From the human T2T-CHM13v2.0 reference genome, Homo sapiens: a stretch of DNA of 64,000 bases. Each line of letters begins with the position of its first letter. Positions within the stretch are counted from its first letter, which is position 1. The notes under the pieces are model-generated. The model was not told the DNA's origin, did not search any database, and saw nothing but the letters and a program-made list of their open reading frames with translations. This document shows, piece by piece, positions 49,935 to 63,154 of this stretch. A program made the translations under genes and the position numbers. The stretch lies in NCBI RefSeq assembly GCF_009914755.1, contig NC_060945.1; one strand, given 5' to 3'.

Positions 49935-52900
49935 AAAAAGGAAATATATTCACATAAAAACTTGACAGAAGCATTCTGAGGAACTTCTTTGTCATGTGTG
50001 CATTCATTTCACAGAGTTGAAACTTTCTTTTGATTGAGCAGTTTTGAAACACTCTTTTTTCAGAATCTGCAACTGGATATTTGGAGAACGTTGAGGCCTA
50101 TGGTGGAAAAGGAAATATCTTCACAAAAAATCAGACACAACCATTCAGAGAAACTTCTTTGTGATGTGTGCATTCAACTCCCTGTGTTGAAGTTTTCTTT
50201 TGATTGAGTAGTTTTAACAAACTCTTTTTGTAGTATCAGAAACTGGATATTTGTAGCGTTTTGAGGCCTATAGAGGAAAAGGAAATATCTTCACATAAAA
50301 CCCAGAAAGAAGCATTCTGAGAGAATTCTCTTCGATTTCAGCATTCATCTCACAGAGTTGAACTTTTCTTTTTTGAGAAGTATTTAATCACTCTTTTTGT
50401 AGAATCTGCAAGGGGATATATGGAGCACTTTGAGGCCTTTTGTGGAAAAGGTAATATCTTCACATAAAAATCAGACACAAGCATTCTGAGTAACTTCTTT
50501 GTGATGTGTGCATTCAACTACCTGTGTTGAAACTTTCTTTTGATTGAGCAGTTTTAACGCACTCTTTTTGTAGAATCTGCAAGTGGATATTTGGAGCACT
50601 TTGATGCCTATGATGGAAAAGGAAATATCTTCACATAAAAGCTAGACAGAAGCATTCTGAGAATGTTCTTTGTGATGTATGCATTCATCTCACTGAGCTG
50701 AATCTTTCTTTTTTGAGAAGTATTTAAACACTCTTTTTGTAGAATCTGCAAGTGGATACTTGGAGTGCTTTGAGGCCTTTGGTGGAAAAAGAAATATCTT
50801 CACATAAAAACTAGACAGAAGCATTCTGAGAAACCTCTTTGTGATGTGTACATTCATCTCACAGAGTTGAGCCTTTATTTTGATTTAGCAGTTTGGAAAC
50901 ACTCTTTTTGTAGGATCTGCAAGTGGATATTTGGAGTGATTTGAGGCCTATAGTGGAAAAGGAAATAACTTCATGTGAAAAGTAGACAGAAGCATTCTGA
51001 AAAACTTCTTAGTGATGTGTGCATTCATCTCACAAAGTTAAACCTATCTTATGATTGAGCAGTTTTGAAACACTCTTTTTGTGGAATCTTCAATTGGATA
51101 TTTGGAGTGCTTAGATGCCTGTGTTGGAAAAGGAAATATCTTCACGTAAAAACAAGCAAGGAGAATTCTGAGAAAGTTTTCTTTGTGATTTGTGCATTCA
51201 TCTCACAGAGCTGAAATTTTCTTTTGATTGAGCAGTTTGGACACAGTCTTTTTCTCGCCTGCAAAAGGATATTTAGGGTACTTTGAGGCCTATGGTGGAA
51301 AAGGACATGTCTTCCCATAAAAACTAGACAGCAGCATTTTGAGAAACTTCTTTGTGATGTGTGGATTCATCTCACAGAGTTGAACTTTTCTTTTGATTGA
51401 GCAGTTTTGAAACACTCTTTTTGTACAATCTGCAAGTGGATATTTGGAGCGCTTTGAGGTCATTGGTGGAAAAGGACATATCTTCCAATAAAAACTAGAC
51501 AGAAGTATTCTGAGAAACATTTTGTGATGTGTGCATTCATCTCACAGAGTTGAACCTTTCTTTTTATTGAGCAGTTTGGAAACTGTATTTTTGTAGAATC
51601 TGCAAGTGGATATTTGGAGCACTTTGAGGCCCATGGTGGAAAAGGACATATCTTCCCATAAAAACTAGACAGCAGCATTTTGAGAAACTTCTTTGTGATG
51701 TGTGGATTCATCTCACAGAGTTGAAGCTTTCTTTTGATTGAGTAGTATTGAAACACTCTTGTGGAATCTCCAATTAGATACTTGGAGCGCTTTGAGGCCT
51801 ATGGTGGAAAAGGAAATATCTTCACATGAAAACTACACAGAAGCATTCTGAGAAATTTGTTTGTGATGTGTTCATTCAACACACAGAGTTGAATCTTTCT
51901 TTTGATTGAGCAGTTTTGAAACACACTTTTTTAGGATCTACAAGTGGATATTTGGAGCGCTTTGTGGCCTATTGTGGAAAAGGATATATCTTCACATAAA
52001 AAGTATGGAGAAGCATTCTGAGAAACTTCTTTGTGATGTGTGCATTCATCTCACAGAGTTCAACCTTTCTTTTGATTGAGCAGTTTTGAAACGCTCTTTT
52101 TGTAGAGTGTGCAAGCGGATATTTGGAGCTCTTTGAGGCTTATGGTGGAAAAGGAAATATCTTCACATAAAAACTACAGAGAAGCATTCTGACAAAGTTC
52201 TTTGTGCTGTGTGTGTTCAACTCACAGAGTTGAACCTTTCTTTCGATTGAGCAGTTTTGAAATGCCCTTTTTTTAGAATCTGCAAGTGGATATTTTGAGT
52301 GCTTTGTGGCCTCTGTTGGAAAAGGAAATATCTTCACATAAAGTAGACAGAAGCATTCTGAGAAACTTCCTTGTGATGTGTGCATTCATCTCACAGAGAG
52401 GAAACTTTCTTTTGATTGTGAAGTTTTCAAACACTCTTTTTGTATAATCTGCAAGTGGATATTTGGAGGTCTTTGTGGCCTATAGGGGAAAAGGAAATAT
52501 CTTCACATAAAAACTACAGAGAAGCATTCTGACAAAGTTCTTTGTGCTGTGTGTGTTCAACTCACAGAGTTGAACCTTTCTTTTGATTGAGCAGTTTTGA
52601 AATGCCCTTTTTTTGGAATCTGCAAGTGGATATTTTGAGTGCTTTGTGGTCTCTGTTGGAAAAGGAAATATCTTCACATAAAGTAGACAGAAGCATTCTG
52701 AGAAACTTCCTTGTGATGTGTGCATTCATCTCACAGAGTTGAAACTTTCTTTTGATTGTGAAGTTTTCAAACACTCTTTTTGTAGGATCTGCAAGTGGAT
52801 ATTTGGAGGCCTTTGTGGCCTATAGGGGAAAAGGAAATATCTTCATATAAAAATTAGACAGAAGCATTCTGAGAAACATCTTTGTGATATATGCATTCAT

Positions 52901-55400
52901 CTCACAGCGTTGAAATTTTCTTTTTATTCACCACTTTTGAAACACTCTTTTTCTACAGTCGGCAAGTGGATATTTGTAGTGCTTTGAGGCATATGGTGGA
53001 AAATGAAATATTTTCACAATAAAATTAGACAGAAACATTCTGTGATACTTCTTTGTGATCTGTGCCTTCATATCACAGAGTTGAACCTTTCTATTGATAG
53101 AGCAGTTTTGAAACACTCTTTTTGTAAAATCTGCCAATGGATATTTGGAACACTTTGAGGCCTATAGTGGAAAAGGAAATATCTTCACATAAATAGTAGA
53201 CAAGCATTCTGAGAAACTTCTTTGTGATGTGTGCATTCAACTCACAGAATGGAACCCTTATTTTGATAGAGCAGTTTTGAAAGACTCCTTTTGTATAACC
53301 TGCAATTGGATATTTCGAGCGCTATGTGGCCTTAAGTGGAAAAGGCAATATCTTCGCATAAAAACTAGACAGAAGCATTGTGAGAAATTTCTTTGTGATG
53401 TGTGCATTCATCTCACAGAGTTAAAGCTTTCTTTTGATTGAGCAGTTTTGAAACACTCTTTTTGTAGAATCTGCAAGTGGATATTTGGAGCACTTTGCAG
53501 TCTATAGTGGAAAAGGAAATATCTTCACATAAATATTTGTCAGAATCATTCTGAGAAACTTCTTCATGTGTGCATTCATCTCACAGAGTTCAACCTTTCT
53601 TTTGATTGAGCAGTTTTGAAACACTCTTTTTGTAGTATCTGCAAGGGATACTTGGAGCAGTTTGAGGTCTATGGAGTAAAAGGAAATATCTTCACCTAAA
53701 AACTAGACAGAAGCATTCTGAGAAACTTCTTTGTGGTGTGTGCATTCATATCACTGTCTTGATCCATTCTTTTGACTGAGCAGTTTTGAAACACTCTTTG
53801 TGTAGAATCTGCAAGTGGATATTTGGAGTGCTTTGAGGCCTATTGTGGAAAAGGAAATGTCTTCACATAAAAACCAGACAGAAGCATACTGAGAAAATTA
53901 TTTATGATGTGTGCATTCATCTCACAGAGCTGCACCTTTCTTTTGATTGAGCAGTTTTGAAACACTCTTTTTATAGAGTGTGCAAGCTGATATTTGGAGC
54001 ACTTTGATGCTTATGGTGGAAAAGCAAATATCTTCACATAAAAACTCCAGAGAAGCATTCTGACAAAGTTCTTTGTGCTGTGTGCATTCAACTCACAGAG
54101 TTGAACCTTTCTTTTGATTGAGCAGTTTTGAAACACTCTTTTTGCAGAATCTGCAAGTGAATATTTTGAGCGCTTTGTGGCCTCTGTTGGAAAAGGTAAT
54201 GTCTTCACATAAACTAGACAGAAGCATTCTGAGAAACTTCTTCGTGATGTGTGCATTCATCTCACAGAGTTGAACCTTTCTTTTGATTGAGCAGTTTTGA
54301 AACACTCTTTTTGCAGAATCTGCAAGTGGATATGTGGAGCACTTTGAGGCCATGATACAAAAGGAAATATCTTCACATAAGAACTAGACAGAATCATTCT
54401 AAGATACTTCTTTGTGATGTGCACATTCAACTCACAGAGTTGAACATTTCTTTTGATTGAGCAGTTTTGAAACACTCTTTTTGTAGAATCAGCAGTTGGA
54501 TATTTAGAGCGCTTTGAGGCCTATGGTGGAAAAGGAAATATCTTCACATAAAAACTAGACAGAAGCATTCTGAGAAACTTTTTTGTGATGTGTGCATTCA
54601 ACTCACCGAGTTGAACAGTCTTTTTATTGAGCAGTTAGGATACATTCTTTTCGTACCATCTTCAAATTTGTATTTGGACAGCTTTGAGGCCTATAGTGGA
54701 AAAGGAAATATCTGCACATAAAAATTAGACAGAAGCATTCGGAGAAACTTCTTTGTGATGTGTGCACTCATCTCACAGAGTTAAACCATTCTTTTGATTG
54801 AGCAGTTTTGAAACACTCTTTTTGTATAATCTGTAAGTGGATATTTGGATCACTTTGAGGCATATGGTGGAAAAGAATATATCTTCCCATAAAAACTAGC
54901 CAGAAGCATTCTGAGAAACTTCTTTGTGATGTGTGTATTCAGCTCACAGAGTTGAACCTTTATTTTGATTGAGCAGTTCTGAAACACACTTTTTGTAGGA
55001 TCTGCAATTGGATATTTGGATCGCTTTGCAGCCTCTTGTGGAAAAGGAAATATCTTCACATAAAAACTACAGGGAATCATTTTGAGAAACTTCTTTGTGA
55101 TGTGTGCTTTCAGCTCGCAGAGTTGAACTTTTCTTTTGGTTGAGCAGTTTTGAAACACTCTTTTTGTAGAATCTGCAAGTGGATATTTAGAGCGCTTTGA
55201 CGCCTATGGTGGAAAAGGAAATATCTTCACATGAAAAGTAGACAGAAGCATTCTGAGAAACTTCTTTGTGTTGTGTGCATTCATCTCACAGAGTTGGACT
55301 TTCTTTTTGTTGAGCAGTTTGGAAACACTCTTTTTGTAGAGTCTGCCATTGGATATTTAGAGCGCTGTGAATCCTATGGTGGAAAAGGTCATATCTTCAC

Positions 55401-58400
55401 ATAAGAACTATAAAGCAGGTTTTCTAAAAACAACATTGTGATGTGTGCATTCATCTCACAGAGGTAAGTGTTTCTTTTCTCCTATCAGTCTGGAAAGTCT
55501 GTTCTTGTACAATCTCAAAGGGGGTAGTTTTGAGCACTTTGAGGCCTATTGTAACAAAGGAAATATCTTCACATTCAAAGTATAAAGAAAGTTTCTGAGA
55601 TACTTCTTTGTGATATGTGCATTCATCTCACAGATTTGCGCGTCTCTTTTAATTCAGCCGTTTGGAAACAGTCTTTTTGAAGAATCTGCAAACGGATATT
55701 TGTGAGCACTTTGAGGCCTATGCAGGAAAAGAAGTATCTTCACAGAAAACTATAAAGAAGGTTTCTGAGAAACTGTTTTTTGATGTCTGCATTCATCTTG
55801 CAGAGGTAAACAATTCTTTTCTTTGATCAGTTGGGTATCTCTGTTCTTGTAGGATCTGCTAAGGGATATTTTTGAGTGCCTAGACCCCTATGGTGAAAAA
55901 GATATTGTCTTCACATAAAAACTAGACAGAGGCCTACTGTGAAACTTCTTGGTGATGTGTGCATTCATCTCACAGAATTGAAACTTTCTTTTGATTAAGC
56001 AGTTTGGAAACGTCTTTTTGTGGAATCCGTAAAGGGAAATTTCTGATCACTTTGAGGCCTATGGTGAAAGAGAAAGTATCTTCACATAAAAACTAGACTA
56101 AAGATTTCTGAGAAACTGCTTTGTGATGTATGTATTCATCTCACAGAGTTCAACAATTCTTTTGATCGAGCAGTTGGGAAACCGTCTTTTTGTAGAATCT
56201 GCAAAGGGATATTTGTGAGCACTTAGAGGTCTATGGTTAAAAGGAAATATCTTCACATAAAAACTATAAAGAAGGTTTGTGAGAAACTTCTTTATGATGT
56301 GTGCATTCATCTCACAGAGTTGAACCACTCCTTTGACTCAGCGGTTTGGAAACAGTCTTTTTTAGCATCTGCAAAGGTATATTTTTGAGCACTTTGAGGC
56401 CCATGGTGAAAAAGGAAACACTTTCACATAAAAACAAGATAGAAGCTTTCTGAGAACCATCTTTTTGATATGTGCATTCATCCCACAGAGGTGAACCTTT
56501 CTTTTGATGAGCATTTTGGAAGCAGTATTTGGTAGAATTTCCAAAGGGTTATTAGTTAGTGTTTTGTGTCCTATGTTGGAAAAGGAATTATTTTTAAATA
56601 AAAACTAGACAGAATATTTCTGAGAAACTGCCTTGTGATGTGTGATTTCATCTCACAGAAGTAACCATTTCTTTTCATTGAACAGATTGGAAATTCTGTT
56701 CTTGTAAAATCTGCAAAGGGATATTTGTTAGCACTTTGAGGCCTATGGTAAAAAAGGAATTATCTTCACATAAAAACTAGACGGAGGCTTTCTGTGAAAC
56801 ATCTTGGAGATGCGAGAATTTGTCTCACAGAGTTGAAACATTCTTTTGGTTGGGCAGTTTGTAAACAGTATTTTGGTAGAATCTGCAAAGGAATATTTGT
56901 GATGCTTTGAAGCCTATGGTGAAAACGAAATATTTTCACATGAAAACTAGAGAGAAGCTTTCTGAGAAACCTCCTTGTGATGTGTGCATTCATCTCACAG
57001 ATTTGAAACTTTCTTTGGATTGAGCAATTTGGAAACAGTATTTTTGTAGAATCTGTAAAGGCATATTTTTGAGTCGTATGAGGCCTATGATGAAATAGGA
57101 AATATCTTCACATAAAAACTAGACAGAAGCTTTCCGAGAAACTTCTTTATGATGTGTGCATTCATCTCGTAGAGTTCAACCATTCTTTTGATTGAACAGT
57201 TTGGAAACACTCTTTTTGTAGAATCTGCAAAGGGATATTTATGAGTGCTTTGAGTCCTATGGTGAAAAAGGAAATGTATTCACATAAAAAGTATAAACAA
57301 GGTTTCTCAGAAACAGCTTTGTGATGTATGCATTCATCTCACAAAAGTAAACGTTTCTTTTCTCTGATCTGTCTGGAAACTGTTCTTGTAGATTCTGCAA
57401 AGGGATATTTGTGAGTATTTTGAGGCCTATGGTGAAAAAGGAAATATCTTCACATAAAAATTAGAGAGAGGTTTTCTGAGAAACCTCTTTGTGATGTGGG
57501 CATTCATCTCACAAAGTTGAAACTTACTTTTGATTGATCAGTATGGAAACCATCTTTTGTGGAATCTGCAAAGGGAAATTTATGAGAGCTTTGAGGCCAA
57601 TGTTGAAAAAGGAAATATATTTATATAAAAGGCATAAAGAAGGTTTCTTAGAAACAGCTTTGTGGTGTGTGCATTGATCTCAGAGAGGTAAACGTTTATT
57701 TTCTTTGATCAGTCTGGAAACTCTGTTCTTGTAGTATCTGCAAAGGGATATTTGTGAGTGCTTTGAGGCCTATGATGAAAAAGGAGATATCTTCACATAA
57801 AAACTAGACAGAAGCTTTCTTAGTGGCTTCTTTGTAATGTGTGCAATCATCTCACAGAATTGAACCATTCTTTTGATTCAGCAGTCTGGAAACAGTATTT
57901 TTGTAGAATCTGCAAGGGATATTTGTCACGACTTCGAGTGCTATGGTGAAAAAGGAAATATCTTCACATAAAAAATGGACAGAAGATTTCTGAGAAACCT
58001 CTTTGAGATGTGTGCATCCATCTCACAGAGTTCAACCATTTATTTGATTGAGCAGTTGGGAAGCAGTCTTTTTGCAGAATCTACAAAGGGATATTGCTGA
58101 GCAATTTGAGGCCTGTGTTGAAAAAGGAAATATCTTCACATAAAAACTATAAAGAAGGTTTCTGAGAAACTTCTTTGTAATGTATGCATTCATCTCATGG
58201 AGTTGAACTATTCTTTTGATTGAGCACTTTGGAAACAATCTTTTTGTAGAATCTGCAAAAGGATATTTTTGAGCCCTTTGAGTCCTAGGGAGAAAAAAGA
58301 AATATCATCACATAAAAAGTATAAAGAACGTTTCTGAGAAAAAGTTTTGTGATGTGTGCATTCATCTCACAGAGAAAAACGTTTATTTTGTTTGATCAGT

Positions 58401-60946
58401 CTGGAAATTCTGTTCTTGTAGAATCTGCTAAGGGATATTTTTGAGCAGATGGAGGCCTATGGTGAAAAAGGAAATGTCTTCATATAAAAATTAGACAGAA
58501 GCCTCCTGCGAAACTTCTTAGTGATGTGTGCATTCATCTCACAGAGTAGAAACTTTCTTTTCATTGAGCCATTTGGAAACAGTCTTTTTGTAGACTCTGC
58601 AAATGGATATTTGGAGCACTTTGAGGCCTATGGTGAAAAAGGAAATATATTCACATAAAAACCAGACTGAAAGTTTCTGAGAAACTTCTCTGAGATGTGT
58701 CCATTCATCTCACAAAGTTCAATAATTCTTTTTATTGAGCGGTTTGGAACAATCTTTTTGTAGAATCTGCAAAGAGATATTTGTGAGGGCTTGAGGCCTA
58801 TGGTGAAAAAGGAAATATCTTCACGGAAAAACTATAAAGAAGGTTTCTGAGAAACTTCTTTGTGATGTGTGCGTTCATCTCACACAGTTCAACCTTTCTT
58901 TTGATTGAGCAGTTTGGAAACAGTCTTTTTAAATATTCTTCCAGTGGATACTTGTGAGCACCTTGAGGCTCCTGGGGAAAAAGGAAACATTCACTTAAAA
59001 ACTTAATAGAAGCTTTCTGAGAAACTACTTTTTGACGTGTGCATTCATCTCACAGAGTTGAACCTTTCTTTTGATGAGCAGTGTGGAAACAATCTTTTTG
59101 TAGAATCTGCAAAAGGACAATTTTGAGTGCTTTGCATCCTGTGGTGGAAAAGGAGATACCTTCACATAAAAACTAGACAGAATGTTTCTCAGAAACTGCT
59201 TTGTGATATGTGCATTCATCTCCCAGATGTGTCTGTTTCTTTTCATTGAGAAGATTGGAAACTCTTTTCTTGTAAGACCTGCAAAGGGATATTTGTGAGC
59301 CCTTTGAGGTGTATGGTGAAAAAGGAAATATCTTCACATAAAAACTACACAGAAGCTTTCTGAGAAACATCCTCGTGATGTGAGCATTCACCTCACAGAG
59401 TTGAAACATTCTTTTGATTGAGCCATGTGTAGAGAGTCTTTTTGTAGAATCTGCAAAGGGATATTTGTGAATGCTTTGAGGCCTATGGTGAAAAAGGAAA
59501 TATCTTCACATAAAAACTAGAGAGAAGCTTTCTGAGAAACCTCTTTGTGGTGTGCATACAACTCACAGAGTTGAACCTTTCTTTTGATTGAGCAATTTGG
59601 AAGAAGTATTTTTGTAGAATCTGTAAAGGGATATTTGTGAGCACTTTGAGGCCTATGGTGAAAAACTAGACAGAGGCATTCTAAGAAACTTCTTCATGAT
59701 GTGTGCATTCATCACACAGAGTTGAACCTTTGTTTTGATTGAGCCGTTTGGAAACAGTCTTTTTGTAGACTCTGCAAACGGATATTTGGAGCACTTTGAG
59801 GCCTATCGTGAAAAAGGAAATATATTCACATAAAAACTAGACTGAAGGATTCTGAGAAACTTCTTTGAGCTGTGTGCATTCATCTGACAGTGTTCAATAA
59901 TTCTTTTTATTGAGCAGTTTGGAAACAGTCTTTTTGTAGAATCTGCAAAGGGATATTTGTGAGGGCTTTGAGGTCTGTGTTGAAAAAGGAAATATCTTCA
60001 GGGAAAAACCATAAAGAAAGTTTCTGAGAAACTTCTTTGGATGTGTGAATTCATCACACTGAGTTGAAACATTCTTTGGATTGAACAGTTTGCAAACAGT
60101 CTTTTTGTAGAATCTGCAGAGGGATATTTGTAGCGCTTTGAGGCCTATGGTGAATAAGGAAATATCTTCACATAAAAACTAGACAAAAGTTTTCTGAGAA
60201 ACTTTTTGTGATGTGTGCATTTATCTCATAGAGTTTAACATTTGTTTTGATTGAGCAGTCTGGAAACAGCTTTTTGTACAATCTGCAAAGGGATATTTAG
60301 GAGTAAGTTGAGGCCTATGGTGGAAAAGGAAATATCTAACATAAAAACTAGAAAGAAGCATTCTGAGAAGCTCCTTTAAGATATGTGTACTCATCTCACA
60401 GAGGTAAACATTTCTTTTCATTGAGCAGTTTGTAAACTCTGTTATTCTAGAGTCTGCAAAGGGGTATTTTTGAGAGCTTTGAGACCCATGTTGAAAAAGG
60501 AACTATCTTCACATAAAAACTAGTGAGAAGCTTGCTGAGAAACTACTTTCTGATGTGTGCATTCATCTAACAGAGTTGAAACTTTCTTTTGATTGAGCAG
60601 TTTGGAAACAGTCTTTTTGTAGATTCTGCAAAGGTATATTTGGGAGTGCATTGAGGCCTATGTTCAAAAAGGAAACATCTTCACATAAAACTGAGAAGGA
60701 GGTTTTCTGAGAAACTTCTTTGTGATGTGCACATTCGTCTCACAGGGTTGAACCATTCTGTTTATTGAGCAGTTTGGAAACAATCTTTTTGTAGAATCTG
60801 CAAAGGGATATCTGTGAGTGCATTGAGGCTTATGGTGAAAAAGGAAATATATTCACATTAAAAGTAGAAAGAAGTTTTCTGAGTAACTCATTTGTGACAT
60901 GTGCATTTATCACAGAGAAGTAAAAATTTCTTCCCATTGAGCAGTT
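55401..60946 (+). repeat. Alpha satellite, most divergent stratum (CAAAGGGATATTTGTGAG type)
   Basis: CTGCAAAGGGATATTTGTGAG, GGTGAAAAAGG, GAAGCTTTCTG/GAAGGTTTCTG and AACAGTCTTT replace the diagnostics of the preceding strata. Confidence 0.93.
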
Positions 60947-63154
60947 AGTTTTTGTGAAGATATTTCCGTTTTCACCATAGACCTCAAAAGGCCTACATAT
61001 ATCCCTTTGCAGATTCTACAAAAAGACTATTTCCAAACTGCTCAATCAAAGAAAGCTTCCACTCTGTGAGATGAATGCACACATCACAGAGAAGTTTCTC
61101 AAAAAGTTTCTGTCTAGTTTTATTTGTTGATACTCCCTTTTTCACCATAGGCCTCAAATCGCTCATGAATAACTCTTTGCAGATTCTACAAGAAGACTGT
61201 TTCCAAACTACTCAATCAAAAGAAAGCTTCATCTCTGTGAGGTGAATGCACACATCATAAAGAAGTTTCTCAGAAAGCTTCTGTCTAGTTTTTATTTGAA
61301 GATGTTTCCTTTTTCAATATAGGCCTCAAAGTGCTCACAAATGTCCCTTTACAGATTTTAAAAAAAGACTGTTACCAAACTGCTCAACTGAAACAAAGCT
61401 TCAACTCTTTGAGATGAATGCACACATCACAAAGAAGTTTCTCAGAAAGCTTCCGTCCAGTTTTTATGTGAAGATATTTCCTTTTTCACCATAAGTCTCA
61501 AAGCATTCAAATTATCACTTTGCAGATTCTACAAAAAGACATTTTCCAACCTGCTCTATCTAAAGAAAGGTTTAACTCTGTGAGAAGAATGCACACATCA
61601 AAAATAAGTTTCTCAGAATGCTTCTGTCTAGTTTTTATCTGAAGACATTTCCTTTTTCACCATAGACCAAAAAGGGATCCCAAATATCCCTTTGTACATT
61701 CTACAAAGGACTGTTTCCAAACTGCTCAATCCAAAGACAGGTTCAACTTTTGGGATGAATGCACACATCACAACGAAGTTTCTCAGAAAGCTTCTGTCTA
61801 GTTTTTGTGTGAAGATATTACTTTTTTCACCATAGGCTTCAAAGGGCTCACAAATATCACAAAGCAGATTCTACAAAAAGACTCTATCCAAACTGGTCAA
61901 GGAAAAGAACACTTCAAATCTGTGAGATGAATGTGCACATCTCAAAGAATTTTCTCAGAAAGCTTCTGTCTAGTTTTTATGTGAAGATATTTCCGTTTTC
62001 ACCATAGACCTGAAACCGCCTATATATAACCCTTTTCAGATTCTACAAAAAGACTGTTTCCAAACGGCTCAATCAAAGAAAGTTTCTACTCTGTGAGATG
62101 AATGCACACATCACAGGGAAGTTTTTCAGAACGTTTCTGTCTAGTTTTTATTTGTCGATACTCCCTTTTTCACCATAGGCCTTAAACTGCTCATAAATAA
62201 CCCTTTGCAGGTTCTACAAAAGGACTATTTCCAAACTGCTCAATCAAATGAAATTTCAGCTGTGTGAGATGAATGCACACATCAAAAAGAAGTTTCTCAG
62301 AACGTTTCTGTCTAGTTTTTATGTGAAGATACTTCTTTTTCACCATAAACCTCAAAGCGTTCCCAAATTTTCCTTTGCAGATTCTATGAAAAGACTGTTT
62401 CCAAACTGCTCAATCAAAAGAAAGGTTCAACTTTTTGTGATGAATGCAGACATCACAACGAACTTTCTCAGAAGGCTTCTGTCTAGATTTTATTTGTGGA
62501 TATTTCCTTTTTCACAATAGGCCTCAGAAAGCTCACAAATATCACTTTGCATATTCTACAAAAAGACTGTTTCCAATCTGCTCAATGAAAGAAAATTCAA
62601 CTCTGTGAGATGAATGCATGCATCACAAAGTGGTTTCTCAGAATGTTTCTGTCTAGTTTTTATATGAAGATATTTCCTTTTTCATCACATGCCTCAAACC
62701 ATTCAAAAACATCCCTTTGCAGATTCTCCAAAAAGACTTTTTACAAACTGCTCAATCAAAAGAAAGATTCAAGTCTTTGAGATGCATACACCCATTACAA
62801 AGAAGTTTCCCAGAAAACATGAGTCTAGTTTTTATGTGAAGATATTTCCTTTTTCACCATAAGCCTCAAAGCATTCACAAATATCACTTTGCATTTTCTA
62901 TGAAAAGACTGTTTCCAAACTGGTCAATCAAAAGAAGTTTCAACCCTGTGAGATGAATGCACACATCACAAAGAAGTTCTTCAGAAAGCTACTGTCTACA
63001 TTTTATTTTTTGATATTTCCTTTTTCACCATTGGATTCAAACCACTGAAACATATCACTTTGCAGATTCTACAAAAAGACTTTTTCCAAACTGCCCAATC
63101 AAAAGAAAGGCTCAACTCTGTGAGATGAATGCACACATCACAAGGAAGTTTCTC
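60947..63154 (-). repeat. Alpha satellite, inverted block related to the 55.4-60.9 kb stratum
   Basis: Reads TTTCTCAGAAAGCTTCTGTCTAGTTTT, CCTTTTTCACCATAG and ATCCCTTTGCAGATTC, the reverse complement of the preceding type. Confidence 0.93.

Larger units (their letters stand above)
43491..55400 (+). repeat. Alpha satellite, monomeric ACTAGAC/GCATTC stratum (interrupted by two L1 3' fragments)
   Basis: AAAACTAGACAGAAGCATTCTGAG with GTGGATATTTGGAG dominates from ~43510. Boundaries approximate. Confidence 0.93.
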
